DNA from: an uncultured Bacteroidota bacterium
Lineage (GTDB): Bacteria; Bacteroidota; Bacteroidia; Flavobacteriales; BACL11
Direction of reading: 5' to 3'
DNA: 58,574 nucleotides
NCBI GenBank assembly: GCA_902533655.1
Contig: CACAMX010000002.1
Span: 1-58,574, forward strand
Part shown: positions 20,033 to 30,800 of the stretch, in pieces
Layout: each line of letters begins with the position of its first letter
Numbering within the stretch: the stretch's first letter is position 1
Position numbers and translations under genes: made by a program
The notes under the pieces: model-generated
The model's input: only the letters and a program-made list of their open reading frames with translations
What the model was told of the DNA's origin: nothing
The model's database searches: none

Positions 20033-20382
20033 CAGATGTATTTGAAGACATAAATAAATTCGCAACGGCTTGTGATCAAGAGCCAAGCAAAGAAAATTAC
20101 GATATGTATCTTAATCTAATTCGAGAAGAAATGGATGAATTAGAAGAAGCTATTAAAGAAAACGATAGGGTAGAACAATTAGACGCATTAATTGACATCT
20201 TAGTTGTTACATTAGGCGCTATTAGAGCGGGTGATTTTAAAGGCAAAAGTGCATGGAAAGAAGTGATGAAGACAAACTTTGCTAAAATCAATCCAGAGAC
20301 AGGAAAAGTAATTAAACGTGAGGATGGAAAGGTGCTAAAGCCGAAAGGGTGGGAGGCTCCAAAACTTAAACAATTTATATAA
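20029..20382 (+). CDS. All-alpha NTP pyrophosphohydrolase, DR2231/MazG-like (putative dUTPase)
   Basis: LIREEMDEL..EQLDALID metal motif, WKEVMKTNFAK, REDGKVLKPKGWEAP. Confidence 0.88.
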   Translation: MTDVFEDINKFATACDQEPSKENYDMYLNLIREEMDELEEAIKENDRVEQLDALIDILVVTLGAIRAGDFKGKSAWKEVMKTNFAKINPETGKVIKREDGKVLKPKGWEAPKLKQFI

Positions 20383-20391
20383 AAACTTTAA

Positions 20392-21390
20392 ATGAATATT
20401 ATAATACCCATGGCCGGAAGAGGCACAAGGCTAAGACCGCATACTCTTACTACACCAAAGCCTTTAATTAAAATAGCTGGAAAAGCAATAGTTCAAAGAT
20501 TGGTTGAAGAAATATTTGCTTCTTTTGATGAAAGAATTGACAATATTGGATTTGTTGTTGGAGATTTTGGTAGAGAAGTTGAAGAGGACTTAATAAATGT
20601 TGCGAAAAATTTAGGAGCTACTGGTCAAATCTTTTATCAAGATGAGCCTTTAGGAACAGCACATGCTGTTTTCTGTGCTGAGAAAATAATGAGCGGAAGC
20701 TGTGTAATAGCTTTTGCTGACACTTTATTTAAGTCTGATTTTAATATAAACAAATCTGTAGATGGAACAATATGGGTAAAACAAATAGATGACCCCAGCT
20801 CATTTGGAGTAGTAAAGACGGATAAAAATATTGTCACAGATTTTGTTGAGAAACCGGATGTTTTTGTTTCCGACCTTGCTATTATCGGAATTTATCATGT
20901 TAAAGACTCTTCAATTTTGAAAAGAGAAATAAAGTTTTTGATTGATAACAATATTAAGGATAAAGGAGAATATCAACTTACTGATGCTTTAGAAAATATG
21001 AAAAATAAAAATTATAAGTTTGGCGCAGCAAAAGTAAGAGAATGGTTAGATTGTGGTAACAAAAACGCAACATGCTACACTAATCAAAGGTTATTACATC
21101 ATCAAAAAAACAATGTAGATCAAACCAGTCAAATTATTAATTGTGAAATTATAGAGCCATGTTATATTGGTAAAAACAACTTCATTAAAGACTGTCAAAT
21201 TGGCCCAGATGTTTCAATTGAGGATAACAATAAAATAGAGGGCTGTGAGCTGAATAATGTTATTATGCAAAGCAATAATGATATTAGAAAAATTAAACTT
21301 AAAAACTCAATGGTTGGTAGCTTTACATCAATAGATGGGAAAAGCGCGTATCATCAAGCTAGTATCGGAGACTTTACTATTATAGAATGA
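20392..21390 (+). CDS. Sugar-phosphate nucleotidyltransferase with left-handed beta-helix tail
   Basis: PMAGRGTRLRPHT..PKPL, QDEPLGTAHA, FVEKP, WLDCG. Confidence 0.92.
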   Translation: MNIIIPMAGRGTRLRPHTLTTPKPLIKIAGKAIVQRLVEEIFASFDERIDNIGFVVGDFGREVEEDLINVAKNLGATGQIFYQDEPLGTAHAVFCAEKIMSGSCVIAFADTLFKSDFNINKSVDGTIWVKQIDDPSSFGVVKTDKNIVTDFVEKPDVFVSDLAIIGIYHVKDSSILKREIKFLIDNNIKDKGEYQLTDALENMKNKNYKFGAAKVREWLDCGNKNATCYTNQRLLHHQKNNVDQTSQIINCEIIEPCYIGKNNFIKDCQIGPDVSIEDNNKIEGCELNNVIMQSNNDIRKIKLKNSMVGSFTSIDGKSAYHQASIGDFTIIE

Positions 21391-23117
21391 AAATTATAAC
21401 TTTAATATTTTTTGCATTAATTTTTTCCTCAGAACAGATATATTCCCAATGGAATAAAAAAAGAGAAAAAAACAAAACCAATTTGGCACTAAATTATGGT
21501 GAAAGAAAGAAGTTTGATCATAATTTTTTTGAAGCGTTAAAAGAGAAACATCTTGAAAACTATGATGATGCTTTGGTATTATTTGAAAAATGTATAAAAA
21601 TTGATCCAAATGCTGCAGCACCATATTACGAGGCTGCAAAAATTTACAAAAAACTAAGTCAAAATTACCAGGCGCTAGAATACTCATTAAAAGCTTATAA
21701 GTTAGATGAGGGAAACGAAACATACGCTCATTTATGTGCTCGAATGCTTAGTAAGCAAAAAAAATACTACCAAGCTAAAGACATATATAAAACCTTAATC
21801 AAAACAAACAGAAAAAGAGAAATTTATTTTTATGAATTAGCTGACGTAAACATACTATCAAGCGATTTTAAAGGAGCAATAAAAGTGTACGATGAACTCG
21901 AAAGAATAATAGGAATTAACAAAATGCTTTCTTTGCAAAAGCATAAAATATATATGCAAGTTTTAGATGTAGAAAATGGAAACAACGAGCTTTTAAAACT
22001 TGCAGAGGAGTTTCCTGAAGATGTAGATGTTTTGGAAATTTTAGCTGAAGGATATTTACTAAACAATGAAAAAGAAAAAGCATTTAAAATTTTTAAAAAA
22101 ATCTCAGATTTAGACAAAAACAATGGAAGAGTTCACCTAATGTTATATGACTATTATAAATCCAATGGAGAAAAAGAAAAAGCTTTTGAGGAGCTTGCTA
22201 AAGCCTTTGAAAGCAGTAGTTTAAGTATTGATGGGAAAATACCAATATTAGTTTCATATATAAACTTGTTAAAAGATTCAACGTATAAGACTCAAGCATT
22301 TTCTCTTTGCAGAAAAATAGTCAAAGCACATCCTTTGGACCCTAAATCATATGCTGTCTTTGGAGATTTACTATATGAGGACAGACAACTTGATTCAGCA
22401 GAGTTTTATTATAATGAAGTTTTAAAAATTGACAAATCCAAACCCCAAATTTGGACTCAACTAATTTTTGTAAATGCAGAAAAAAATGAATACGACAAGG
22501 TTTTTAAAATTACTGAAGAAGCTCTATTGTATTTTCCAACAAATGCAGTTTTTTATTACTTTAATGGAATATCACTACTTAGAAAAAAAGAATATAAAAG
22601 TTCAATCAACGTTTTTAATCAAGGTATAGAATATGTTTTTGACAATAATATTTTATTAAATGAATTTTATAATTCTTTAGCAGAGTGTTATAATGAAACC
22701 CAAGATTATATATTATCAGATTCTCTTTTTGAATTGTCACTAAAAATAAATCCTTCAAACCCAACGGTATTAAATAATTATAGTTATTATTTATCTTTAA
22801 GAGGCGTAGAATTAGAAAGAGCTAAAAAAATGTCATTGAATAGTAATTTATTAGAACCAAATAATGGAACATTTCAAGACACATATGCTTGGATACTTTA
22901 TAAATTACATCAATATGATGAGGCTTTAACTTGGATTATAAAGGCTGTAGATAATGGAAGTAGTGAAAGCCCTGTTGTTTTAGAACATTATGGAGACATA
23001 CTCTATAAATTAAACAGAAAAAACGAGGCTTACGAAAAATGGAAACTGGCTAAGGGTTTTGGAAAAGGGTCAGAACTGTTAGAAAAAAAGCTAAAGGAAA
23101 AAAAACTATATGAGTAA
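21387..23117 (+). CDS. Exported tetratricopeptide repeat protein
   Basis: Signal peptide, TPRs, VLNNYSYYL..DTYAWILY..EHYGDILY. Confidence 0.9.
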   Translation: MKIITLIFFALIFSSEQIYSQWNKKREKNKTNLALNYGERKKFDHNFFEALKEKHLENYDDALVLFEKCIKIDPNAAAPYYEAAKIYKKLSQNYQALEYSLKAYKLDEGNETYAHLCARMLSKQKKYYQAKDIYKTLIKTNRKREIYFYELADVNILSSDFKGAIKVYDELERIIGINKMLSLQKHKIYMQVLDVENGNNELLKLAEEFPEDVDVLEILAEGYLLNNEKEKAFKIFKKISDLDKNNGRVHLMLYDYYKSNGEKEKAFEELAKAFESSSLSIDGKIPILVSYINLLKDSTYKTQAFSLCRKIVKAHPLDPKSYAVFGDLLYEDRQLDSAEFYYNEVLKIDKSKPQIWTQLIFVNAEKNEYDKVFKITEEALLYFPTNAVFYYFNGISLLRKKEYKSSINVFNQGIEYVFDNNILLNEFYNSLAECYNETQDYILSDSLFELSLKINPSNPTVLNNYSYYLSLRGVELERAKKMSLNSNLLEPNNGTFQDTYAWILYKLHQYDEALTWIIKAVDNGSSESPVVLEHYGDILYKLNRKNEAYEKWKLAKGFGKGSELLEKKLKEKKLYE

Positions 23118-23685
23118 GCTGAAATATCTACTGTTATTTTTTTTTACATCTTGTAGTCTTACTTTTCTAACAAAAAAAAACATTAAAGAAAATCAAAACA
23201 CTGATTTACAAATTCAAAACGGGTTCAGTGCTGTTGGTGAGTTTACGTACAATGAGCAAAAATCACCAATCAAAGGAAAAATCAACTTAATTTTTGATTC
23301 TAAAAACAATATGTGGTTGTCGGTAAATTCATTGTTTAATTTAGAGCTCTATCGTATTTTTTTAATAGCAGACACACTTTATTTAATAAATAGAATTGAG
23401 AAAAATTACCAAAAAATAAGTTTTCAAGACTCAACTAACAATATCAATAAAAACTTACTGAAAAAAATCAGAGATTATGAAAACACTGAAGTAGTCTATA
23501 ATGGAAACGTTTTTTATTTACTCTTTAGTGAGTCTAGTGACGAAAAAACCACAAATATTCCTAAAAAAATAGTCATAAAAAAAGGAGAAGAAAAAGAGTT
23601 TTTTTTGGAAATAAAACTCAATCAAATACAAAGAACAAGACAAAAAGTGGAGATTAATATTCCAGACAACTATGAAAAAATTTAA
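23110..23685 (+). CDS. DUF4292-like lipoprotein (short, divergent)
   Basis: Lipobox FTSC, MWLSV..LELYRI..DT..INRIEKNY, C-terminal IPDNYEKI; sits between the TPR gene and envC. Confidence 0.65.
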   Translation: MSKLKYLLLFFFTSCSLTFLTKKNIKENQNTDLQIQNGFSAVGEFTYNEQKSPIKGKINLIFDSKNNMWLSVNSLFNLELYRIFLIADTLYLINRIEKNYQKISFQDSTNNINKNLLKKIRDYENTEVVYNGNVFYLLFSESSDEKTTNIPKKIVIKKGEEKEFFLEIKLNQIQRTRQKVEINIPDNYEKI

Positions 23686-24913
23686 AATTTTTCTTTTTCT
23701 ATTCATTATCACTAAAACTCTATGTGCTCAAAGTAAAAAAGATTTAAAAAACGAAAAGAAAAAAATAGAAAACGAGATAAAAATAACAAGCGGTCTTTTA
23801 GAAAAAACAAAACAAAACAAATTAAAATCATTGAATTATGTGAATGCTCTTGTCACTCAAATTGAGAAAGAGGAAAGTTTAGTCAAAATGTTAAACATCG
23901 AAATAAAATTAAAAGAGAGAAAAATAAAAAATATCAATAAAAAAATATTTGCGAGTAAAGAGATAATTTTCGATAAACAAGCAGAACTAGAAAAGCTAAA
24001 GAACAATTACTCAAAAATTATATTTTCTTACAGTAAAAACAAAGGGTTAAAAGACCTGCTGATGTTTATAATTTCTGCAGAGGATTTTAACCAGGCCTAC
24101 AAAAGACTATTATATGTAAGACAATATACGACTCAAAGAAAAAATTATTTAAATCAAATATCAAAAGAACAAAAACAATTAAGACAAGAAATTGTAAATT
24201 TAGAAAACATAAAAAAAGAGCTCGAGACAACCACCTTTCAAAAGAAAAAACTTTATGAAAAAAAACATGAAAATCTTAACGAAATATCTATCAAAAAAAA
24301 CGAAAAGCAACAATTAATAACTAATCTTGTTAAATCAGAAAAATATTTTAAGCAAAAACTTAAGGAAAAACAAAAAAAGTCTAAAGAGTTAGATGAAAAA
24401 ATAAGAAAGATTATTGAGGAGGAGATAAAAAAAGCAAGAAAACTTGCAGAAAAAACCAACAAGTTAAACTTATCACCTGAAGCGTTAGAGTTGACAAAAA
24501 AGTTTACAGGAAATAAGAGAAAGTTGCCATGGCCAGTTGATAATGGGGTTGTTATTCAAAAATTTGGAAATAAAAAACATCAAATTTTTTCGGAAGTTGA
24601 AACCTTTAATAATGGAGTTGATATTGCAACAGATAAAAACGCAATAGTAAATGCGGTTTTTGATGGTACAATTTCAAGAATATTTCTAGTTAAAGGTGAA
24701 GGAAAAGCAATATTAATTTCACATGGAGAATTTTACACTGTTTACTCAGGACTTCAAGATGTTGTGGTTGAAACAGGTGAAAAAATCTTAACTAGAGAGA
24801 AGATAGGCAAAGTGAGATATAACGAAAAAGAACAGAGATCACTATTGCATTTTGAAATTTGGAAGGGTTATGATAAGGTTGATCCAGGAGATTGGATCTA
24901 TAAACTTTATTAA
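23672..24913 (+). CDS. envC: Murein hydrolase activator EnvC family
   Basis: Long coiled coil, KLPWPV, degenerate M23 domain (NNGVDI, LHFEIW). Confidence 0.88.
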   Translation: MKKFKIFLFLFIITKTLCAQSKKDLKNEKKKIENEIKITSGLLEKTKQNKLKSLNYVNALVTQIEKEESLVKMLNIEIKLKERKIKNINKKIFASKEIIFDKQAELEKLKNNYSKIIFSYSKNKGLKDLLMFIISAEDFNQAYKRLLYVRQYTTQRKNYLNQISKEQKQLRQEIVNLENIKKELETTTFQKKKLYEKKHENLNEISIKKNEKQQLITNLVKSEKYFKQKLKEKQKKSKELDEKIRKIIEEEIKKARKLAEKTNKLNLSPEALELTKKFTGNKRKLPWPVDNGVVIQKFGNKKHQIFSEVETFNNGVDIATDKNAIVNAVFDGTISRIFLVKGEGKAILISHGEFYTVYSGLQDVVVETGEKILTREKIGKVRYNEKEQRSLLHFEIWKGYDKVDPGDWIYKLY

Positions 24914-24925
24914 TTAACAAATTCT

Positions 24926-24933
24926 TAAATTTG
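24926..24933 (+). promoter_or_regulatory. -7 element (TAAATTTG) for tatA-gatA
   Basis: TAnnTTTG 14 nt before the tatA ATG, inside the inverted repeat AACAAATT-CTTA-AATTTGTT. Confidence 0.6.
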
Positions 24934-24947
24934 TTGAAATTAAATAT

Positions 24948-25127
24948 ATGAAATCAATGACTATATTAGGAATGATTGGACCATGGCAAGTGGTCTTGAT
25001 AGTTCTTGTTGTTTTAATTTTATTTGGTGGTAAAAAGATACCTGAGTTAATGAAAGGTCTAGGAAAAGGCATGAAAGAATTCAAAGACGCTACCAAGGAA
25101 ATTGATAAAGACAAAGAAAAAAACTGA
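24948..25127 (+). CDS. tatA: Twin-arginine translocase TatA/E (59 aa, absent from the ORF track)
   Basis: Manual translation [59 protein letters not shown]. Confidence 0.95.
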   Translation: MKSMTILGMIGPWQVVLIVLVVLILFGGKKIPELMKGLGKGMKEFKDATKEIDKDKEKN

Positions 25128-25128
25128 G

Positions 25129-26553
25129 TTGAAAAACATAACAACCTTTTTACAAGCTAGAAAAGAGCTCCAGAAAAAACAAACAACAGTTAACTCAATA
25201 ACTCAAAGTTATTTAAAGTTAATAGATGAAAAAAAAGAATTAAACATTTTCATTGAAGTTTTTAGAGATGAAGCTTTAAAAAAAGCTAAAGAAGTTGATG
25301 AAAAAATAAAAAACAACACTCAAGGCAAGCTTGCTGGTATGATAGTAGCAATAAAAGATAATATTTGTTTTAAAGACCATTTTATAACAGCGTCCTCAAA
25401 AATCCTTGAGGGGTTTAAATCAAATTATTCTGCGACAGTGATAGAGCGAATTTTAGAAGAAGACGCAATTATTATTGGACGAGTTAATTGTGATGAGTTT
25501 GCTATGGGAAGCACTAATAAAAACACCATTTATGGTCCTCCATTAAACCCAATAAATAAAAAAATGGTAACTGGCGGCTCTTCTGGAGGGTCCGCTGCTG
25601 CAGTTGCTGCAAATCTATGTATGCTTAGTTTGGGTTCAGATACAGGAGGGTCAGTACGTCAACCAGCGTCCTTTTGTGGTGTGTTTGGATTCAAACCAAC
25701 ATATTCAAGGGTTTCAAGATATGGATTAATTTCATACGCATCATCATTTGACCAAATAGGTGTTATATCAAATTCTATCTTTGACAACGCTCTAGCACTC
25801 GAAGTTATTTCAGGCTATGACCACAAAGACAATACGTCCAGTAAAAAAGTTGTTGAAAGATACTCAGATTTTGAAAAAAAAGCTAAATATAAAGTCGCGT
25901 TTTTAAAAGAAACACTAGAACTCAAAGGTCTGGATATTAATATTAGAAAATCAATGTTAGGGCTGATTAAGGACTTAAAATTTAAAGGACATAAAGTTGA
26001 AACATGTAGTTTCCCGCTTCTTGATTACTTAGTACCTACTTATTATGTCTTAACTACTGCGGAAGCATCATCTAATCTTTCGAGATATGATGGAATTAGA
26101 TATGGTCACAGAAGTGTTAGTGCAAGAAACCTCAACGAAACTTATATTAAGTCTAGATCTGAAGGCTTTGGAAGAGAGGTAAAAAGAAGAATTATGTTAG
26201 GAACTTTTGTTTTAAGTTCTGAATATAAAGAAGCATATTACACTAAAGCTCAAAAAATCAGATCTCTAATACTCAAAGAAACAAATAAAATTTTAAAAAA
26301 CTATGATTTTATAATAACACCAACAACACCTCGAACTGCTTTTGAAATTGATAAAAACAGTCAGGATCCAACCGAAGTTTATATTGAAGATGTTTTTACT
26401 GTTCATGCAAATCTGACAGGAAAGCCAGCAGTTTCTATTCCTTACGGAAGAAGCCCTAAAAACTTACCTTTTGGATTACAAGTTTTGTCTCAAAACTTTG
26501 AGGAAAAGAAAATTTACAGTTTTATCAATCAATTTTTGACACACAATATTTAA
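25129..26553 (+). CDS. gatA: Asp-tRNA(Asn)/Glu-tRNA(Gln) amidotransferase subunit A
   Basis: IKDNI, DEFAMGS, GGSSGGS, DTGGSVRQPA, EASSNLSRYDG, EVKRRIMLG; TTG start 1 nt after the tatA stop is inferred. Confidence 0.95.
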   Translation: MKNITTFLQARKELQKKQTTVNSITQSYLKLIDEKKELNIFIEVFRDEALKKAKEVDEKIKNNTQGKLAGMIVAIKDNICFKDHFITASSKILEGFKSNYSATVIERILEEDAIIIGRVNCDEFAMGSTNKNTIYGPPLNPINKKMVTGGSSGGSAAAVAANLCMLSLGSDTGGSVRQPASFCGVFGFKPTYSRVSRYGLISYASSFDQIGVISNSIFDNALALEVISGYDHKDNTSSKKVVERYSDFEKKAKYKVAFLKETLELKGLDINIRKSMLGLIKDLKFKGHKVETCSFPLLDYLVPTYYVLTTAEASSNLSRYDGIRYGHRSVSARNLNETYIKSRSEGFGREVKRRIMLGTFVLSSEYKEAYYTKAQKIRSLILKETNKILKNYDFIITPTTPRTAFEIDKNSQDPTEVYIEDVFTVHANLTGKPAVSIPYGRSPKNLPFGLQVLSQNFEEKKIYSFINQFLTHNI

Positions 26554-26606
26554 TAAATAAACTGTAAGTGCTTTTAAGCAAATGGTTAAAATACTAAATT
26601 GCATTT

Positions 26607-27833
26607 GTGAAAAGATATTTAATTTTAATAGTTCTCATTTTATCTACCATCTTTTATTTAGTTAATAACAAAGAAAAAATTAAAATTGATTTCCAAGAAA
26701 AAGTTAAAGAGCCAAACGTAAAATTTGGTTTTGATTTAGATTCTTTTAGCATAAAAAAAGGAACGATAAAAGAAGGACAGGTGCTAGGTGAGATATTGTA
26801 CTTGCATCATGTTGATCATAATCAAATTAATAGAATTGTAAAAAAATCAAAAGATATTTTTGATTTTAGAAGAGCTGTTCCTGGAAAAAAATATACAGTC
26901 TTGTGCTCTAAAGACACGAACGAAACTGCACAGGTATTTATTTATGAAAAATCACTCGCAGAATATGTAGTGTTCGACATTAGAAATGACATTAAAGTTT
27001 ATATAGGTGAAAAACCTATTGAGATAAAAAACAGACTTTCCAGCGGTATTATTGAAAGCTCATTATGGAACGCTTTAGTTTATAACAACTTAAGCCCAGC
27101 ACTAGTTGTTGAGCTTGAAGCGATATATGCTTGGACATTAGATTTTTTTAAAATTCAAAAAGGAGATTATTTTACTGTGTTGTTTGAAGAAAAATATGTT
27201 GAAGGAGAGTTTATTGGAATAGGAGAAGTAAAAGCAAGTTCTTTCACACATTCAGGCAAGAATTTTTACGCATTTTATTTTGAAGAAAATGAGCTTTACG
27301 GAGATTTTTTTGATCACGAGGGGAACAACCTGAGGAAAACATTTTTAAGGGCACCCATAAAATATAGTAGAATCTCATCAAGATTCAGTAAAAAAAGAAA
27401 ACACCCCGTAACTGGACAGTGGAAAGGGCATTTTGGCACCGACTATGCAGCACCCGCAGGAACCCCAATAATGGCAACAGCAAATGGTACCATTAGCAAA
27501 GCCTCATACAGCAGGAATAATGGCAATTATGTTAAAATTAAACACAACACAAAATACTCAACTCAATATTTACATATGAGTAAAATAGCTTCAGGTATAA
27601 AAAAAGGAAAATTTGTTAAACAGGGAGATATCATTGGTTATGTTGGTAGTACAGGGCTAGCAACTGGACCACATGTTTGTTATAGATTTTGGAAAAATGG
27701 AAGGCAAGTAGATCCCTATAAAGAAAAACTACCTGCGGGTGAGCCAATAAAAAAAGAAAATAAAGATAATTATATGCTTCTTAAAGACAGTTTGTTACAG
27801 TTGTTACAATTAGAAACACTATATGATCTTTGA
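26607..27833 (+). CDS. M23 peptidoglycan DD-endopeptidase (MepM/Csd3-like)
   Basis: IYAWTLDFF, FLRAP..RISSRF..R.HP, HFGTDYAAP, YLHMS, ATGPHVCY. Confidence 0.92.
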   Translation: MKRYLILIVLILSTIFYLVNNKEKIKIDFQEKVKEPNVKFGFDLDSFSIKKGTIKEGQVLGEILYLHHVDHNQINRIVKKSKDIFDFRRAVPGKKYTVLCSKDTNETAQVFIYEKSLAEYVVFDIRNDIKVYIGEKPIEIKNRLSSGIIESSLWNALVYNNLSPALVVELEAIYAWTLDFFKIQKGDYFTVLFEEKYVEGEFIGIGEVKASSFTHSGKNFYAFYFEENELYGDFFDHEGNNLRKTFLRAPIKYSRISSRFSKKRKHPVTGQWKGHFGTDYAAPAGTPIMATANGTISKASYSRNNGNYVKIKHNTKYSTQYLHMSKIASGIKKGKFVKQGDIIGYVGSTGLATGPHVCYRFWKNGRQVDPYKEKLPAGEPIKKENKDNYMLLKDSLLQLLQLETLYDL

Positions 27834-30800
27834 TAAAAAATTAATTTCTTTTTTTTTAACTCTTTTGTTAATTTCTACATCTTTTTCACAAAACAATTTT
27901 ATTAAAAATGAAGGTCAGCTTCCAGAAAAAGTTTTTTCAAAAGCTGATTTTTTTCAGGGAGCTGTTTTTGTTGAGACAGGGGGCTTTACATATAACTTGT
28001 TTGACAAAAAAAAATTAAGAGATATACATGAGGGTTTTTCTGAAGACAGTTATATTGATGCTCACTCATTCCAGCTTAGTTTCATAAACTCAATAAAGTC
28101 GCTCGAGACAGATTATATCGATAACAGCAATTACTATGAAAATTATTATGTTGGGCCTAAAGAAAATTGGGTTGAGAATGCAAAAGCCTACAATAAAATC
28201 AAGCGACCTTTGTACGAAGGAATATTCTATGTAATTTATTTTGAAGGAAATAATATAAAATATGATATTCATATTAAAAAAAACCATAACCCTGGAAATA
28301 TACAGATTGAATATAAATATGTAGATGACATAAAATTAACTGAAAATAATACTATCATTATTAATGCTTCATTTATTGAAATAGAGGAGAAAATTCCTGA
28401 AGTTTATCAAATAATAAATGGTAAAAAAATCTCTGTAGACTGTAAATACCAACTAAAAAACAATATAGTTAGCTTTTCCTTTCCAAATGGATATAATAAG
28501 AATTATGATTTAGTAATTGATCCAGAACTAGTTTTTTCAACCTACTCAGGCTCTTTAGCCGATAACTTTGGATATACCGCTACTTATGATGATCAGGGCA
28601 ACTTATATGCTGGAAGTATTTCATTTGGACCAGGCTACCCAACCACACTTGGTTCTTATCAGTTAAACTTTAATGGAGGTGTTGGTAATGGAGGAACTGA
28701 TATAGCAATAACGAAATACAATAATACCGGAACACAAAGAATATATTCAACTTATCTAGGTGGGCGTTTTGATGAATTACCTCATAGTATGATTGTTAGT
28801 GATTTGGGTGAGCTTTATATTTTTGGAACTACCGGATCAGAAGATTTTCCCACTACTGAGTCTAGCTTTGACACAACTTTTAATGGAGGGGTCAATTTTG
28901 TGCCTAATGGAATAGGAGCTAGCTTCCCTAATGGGTCTGATATAATTATTTCAAAATTAAGCTCTAGTGGGGGGCAACTAGCTGCATCAACTTTTTTTGG
29001 GGGGTCATTAAATGATGGTTTAAATAATTCATCAAAACTTACTTTTAATTACGCTGATGAGGTAAGGGGAGAAATAGAAATTGATAGCGAAAACAATATA
29101 GTTGTAGGAACTTGTACTAGATCTAAAGATTTCCCAACACTTAACCCAATCCAACCTAATTTAAGCTCTGGTTTAGAAGGTTGTGTTTTTAAGTTAGACA
29201 GACATTTGTCAAACATTATTTGGAGCACATATTTTGGTGGTTCAGCTGATGACTGTATTTACTCTGTTGATTTTAATAGGAATAATGATATTGTATTTGG
29301 AGGAGGGACAACATCCCCAGACATAAACACGACACCTTTAGCGTTTCAGCAAAATTACAATAGTTTTAACGCACTGAGTGCAGATGGTTTTATCACTACA
29401 ATTGACAGTAATGCAGACAGCATCCTTTTCTCCACATACTTTGGTACAGACTCTTATGATCAAGTTTTCTTTATAGATGTTTCTAAAGATGATCATGTTC
29501 ACGTCTTAGGACAAACAAATGACACAAATAATTTTTTTATTAAAAACTCAATAATATCTACGCAAAACTCAGGACAATTTATTTCGACTCTTTCAAGCAG
29601 CTTATCCTCAATCATAAGGTCATCTACAATAGGGTCAGGTAGAGGAACCCCTGACATATCACCAACAGCATTTATGGTTGATTTGTGTAATAGTTATTAC
29701 CTGTCAGGCTGGGGAAGCAGTATAAATGGACAACTTTCAACCCTAAACCTACCTGTTTCAGACAGCGCCTTTCAAATCACAACAGATGGCAATGATTTTT
29801 ATTTCATGGTTATCAGCGAAAACATGGACAATATTGATTATGCAACATTTTTTGGAGGAAATGTAAGTAGAGAGCATGTTGATGGTGGCACCTCAAGATT
29901 TGATAATAAAGGTGTAATATATCAATCAGTATGTGCAGGCTGTGATGGTAATAATGATTTTCCAGTAAAGCCAAACCCTGGAGCTGTTTCTACATCAAAT
30001 AATAGCCCAAACTGTAATAATGGAGTTTTTAAATTTGACATGAACACACCTCTTGTTATTTCAAACTTTCAGGCACCGTTAATAGGTTGTGATTTAACAA
30101 TTCAGTTTAATAATATTACAGATACTATTTCCAACACTTTTTTTTATTGGGATTTTGGTGATGGTAACTCAAGTAATCAATTGTCACCCACACACACCTA
30201 TGGTACGCCAGGAAATTATTTAGTCAGGCTTATTTCAATCGACTCTCTTTCATGCAATATTTCGGACACAATACAAAAAGAATTGTACATACTCGGTAAT
30301 CAAAAAAAATCAGCTCCTGAGCTTTTCAAATGCAAATACGAAAAAACCAGAATTGGTTTAAACAATCCAAGTTCAATTAATTCGAGTTATTCATGGAGCC
30401 CCATTAACAATTTAAGCTCTTACAACGTTCAACGACCATTTACCAATATTGATTCCACAATTGAATATACTTTAGTAATTAACTATAATAACAGCTGTTT
30501 TGACACGATAATTCAAAAAGTGAATGTGGATGACATTAGTGTATTAGCTAGTGATGACACATCATACTGTAGTGATTCAATTATTTTAACTGCAGTTTCG
30601 AATGATAGTAGTGCAAATTTTATTTGGTCTAGTGATTTTAATTTTACTAATATTTTAAGTTTGGGAGACAGTATTAAAGCAATACAGGTGAAGACATATT
30701 TTGTTAGAGCTGATAATGGGAATTGCTTTAGTAGTGACAGTGTCTCAATTAAGTCAGAAAACATTGATATATCTTTAGATGGTGACAATAGTGTTTGCTT

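Noticed and set aside
20029..20382. MazG-like gene as an anti-phage nucleotide-depletion system
   Set aside because: It is embedded in a core operon with no partner or neighbouring defence genes; a housekeeping dUTPase role is simpler, though defence is not excluded
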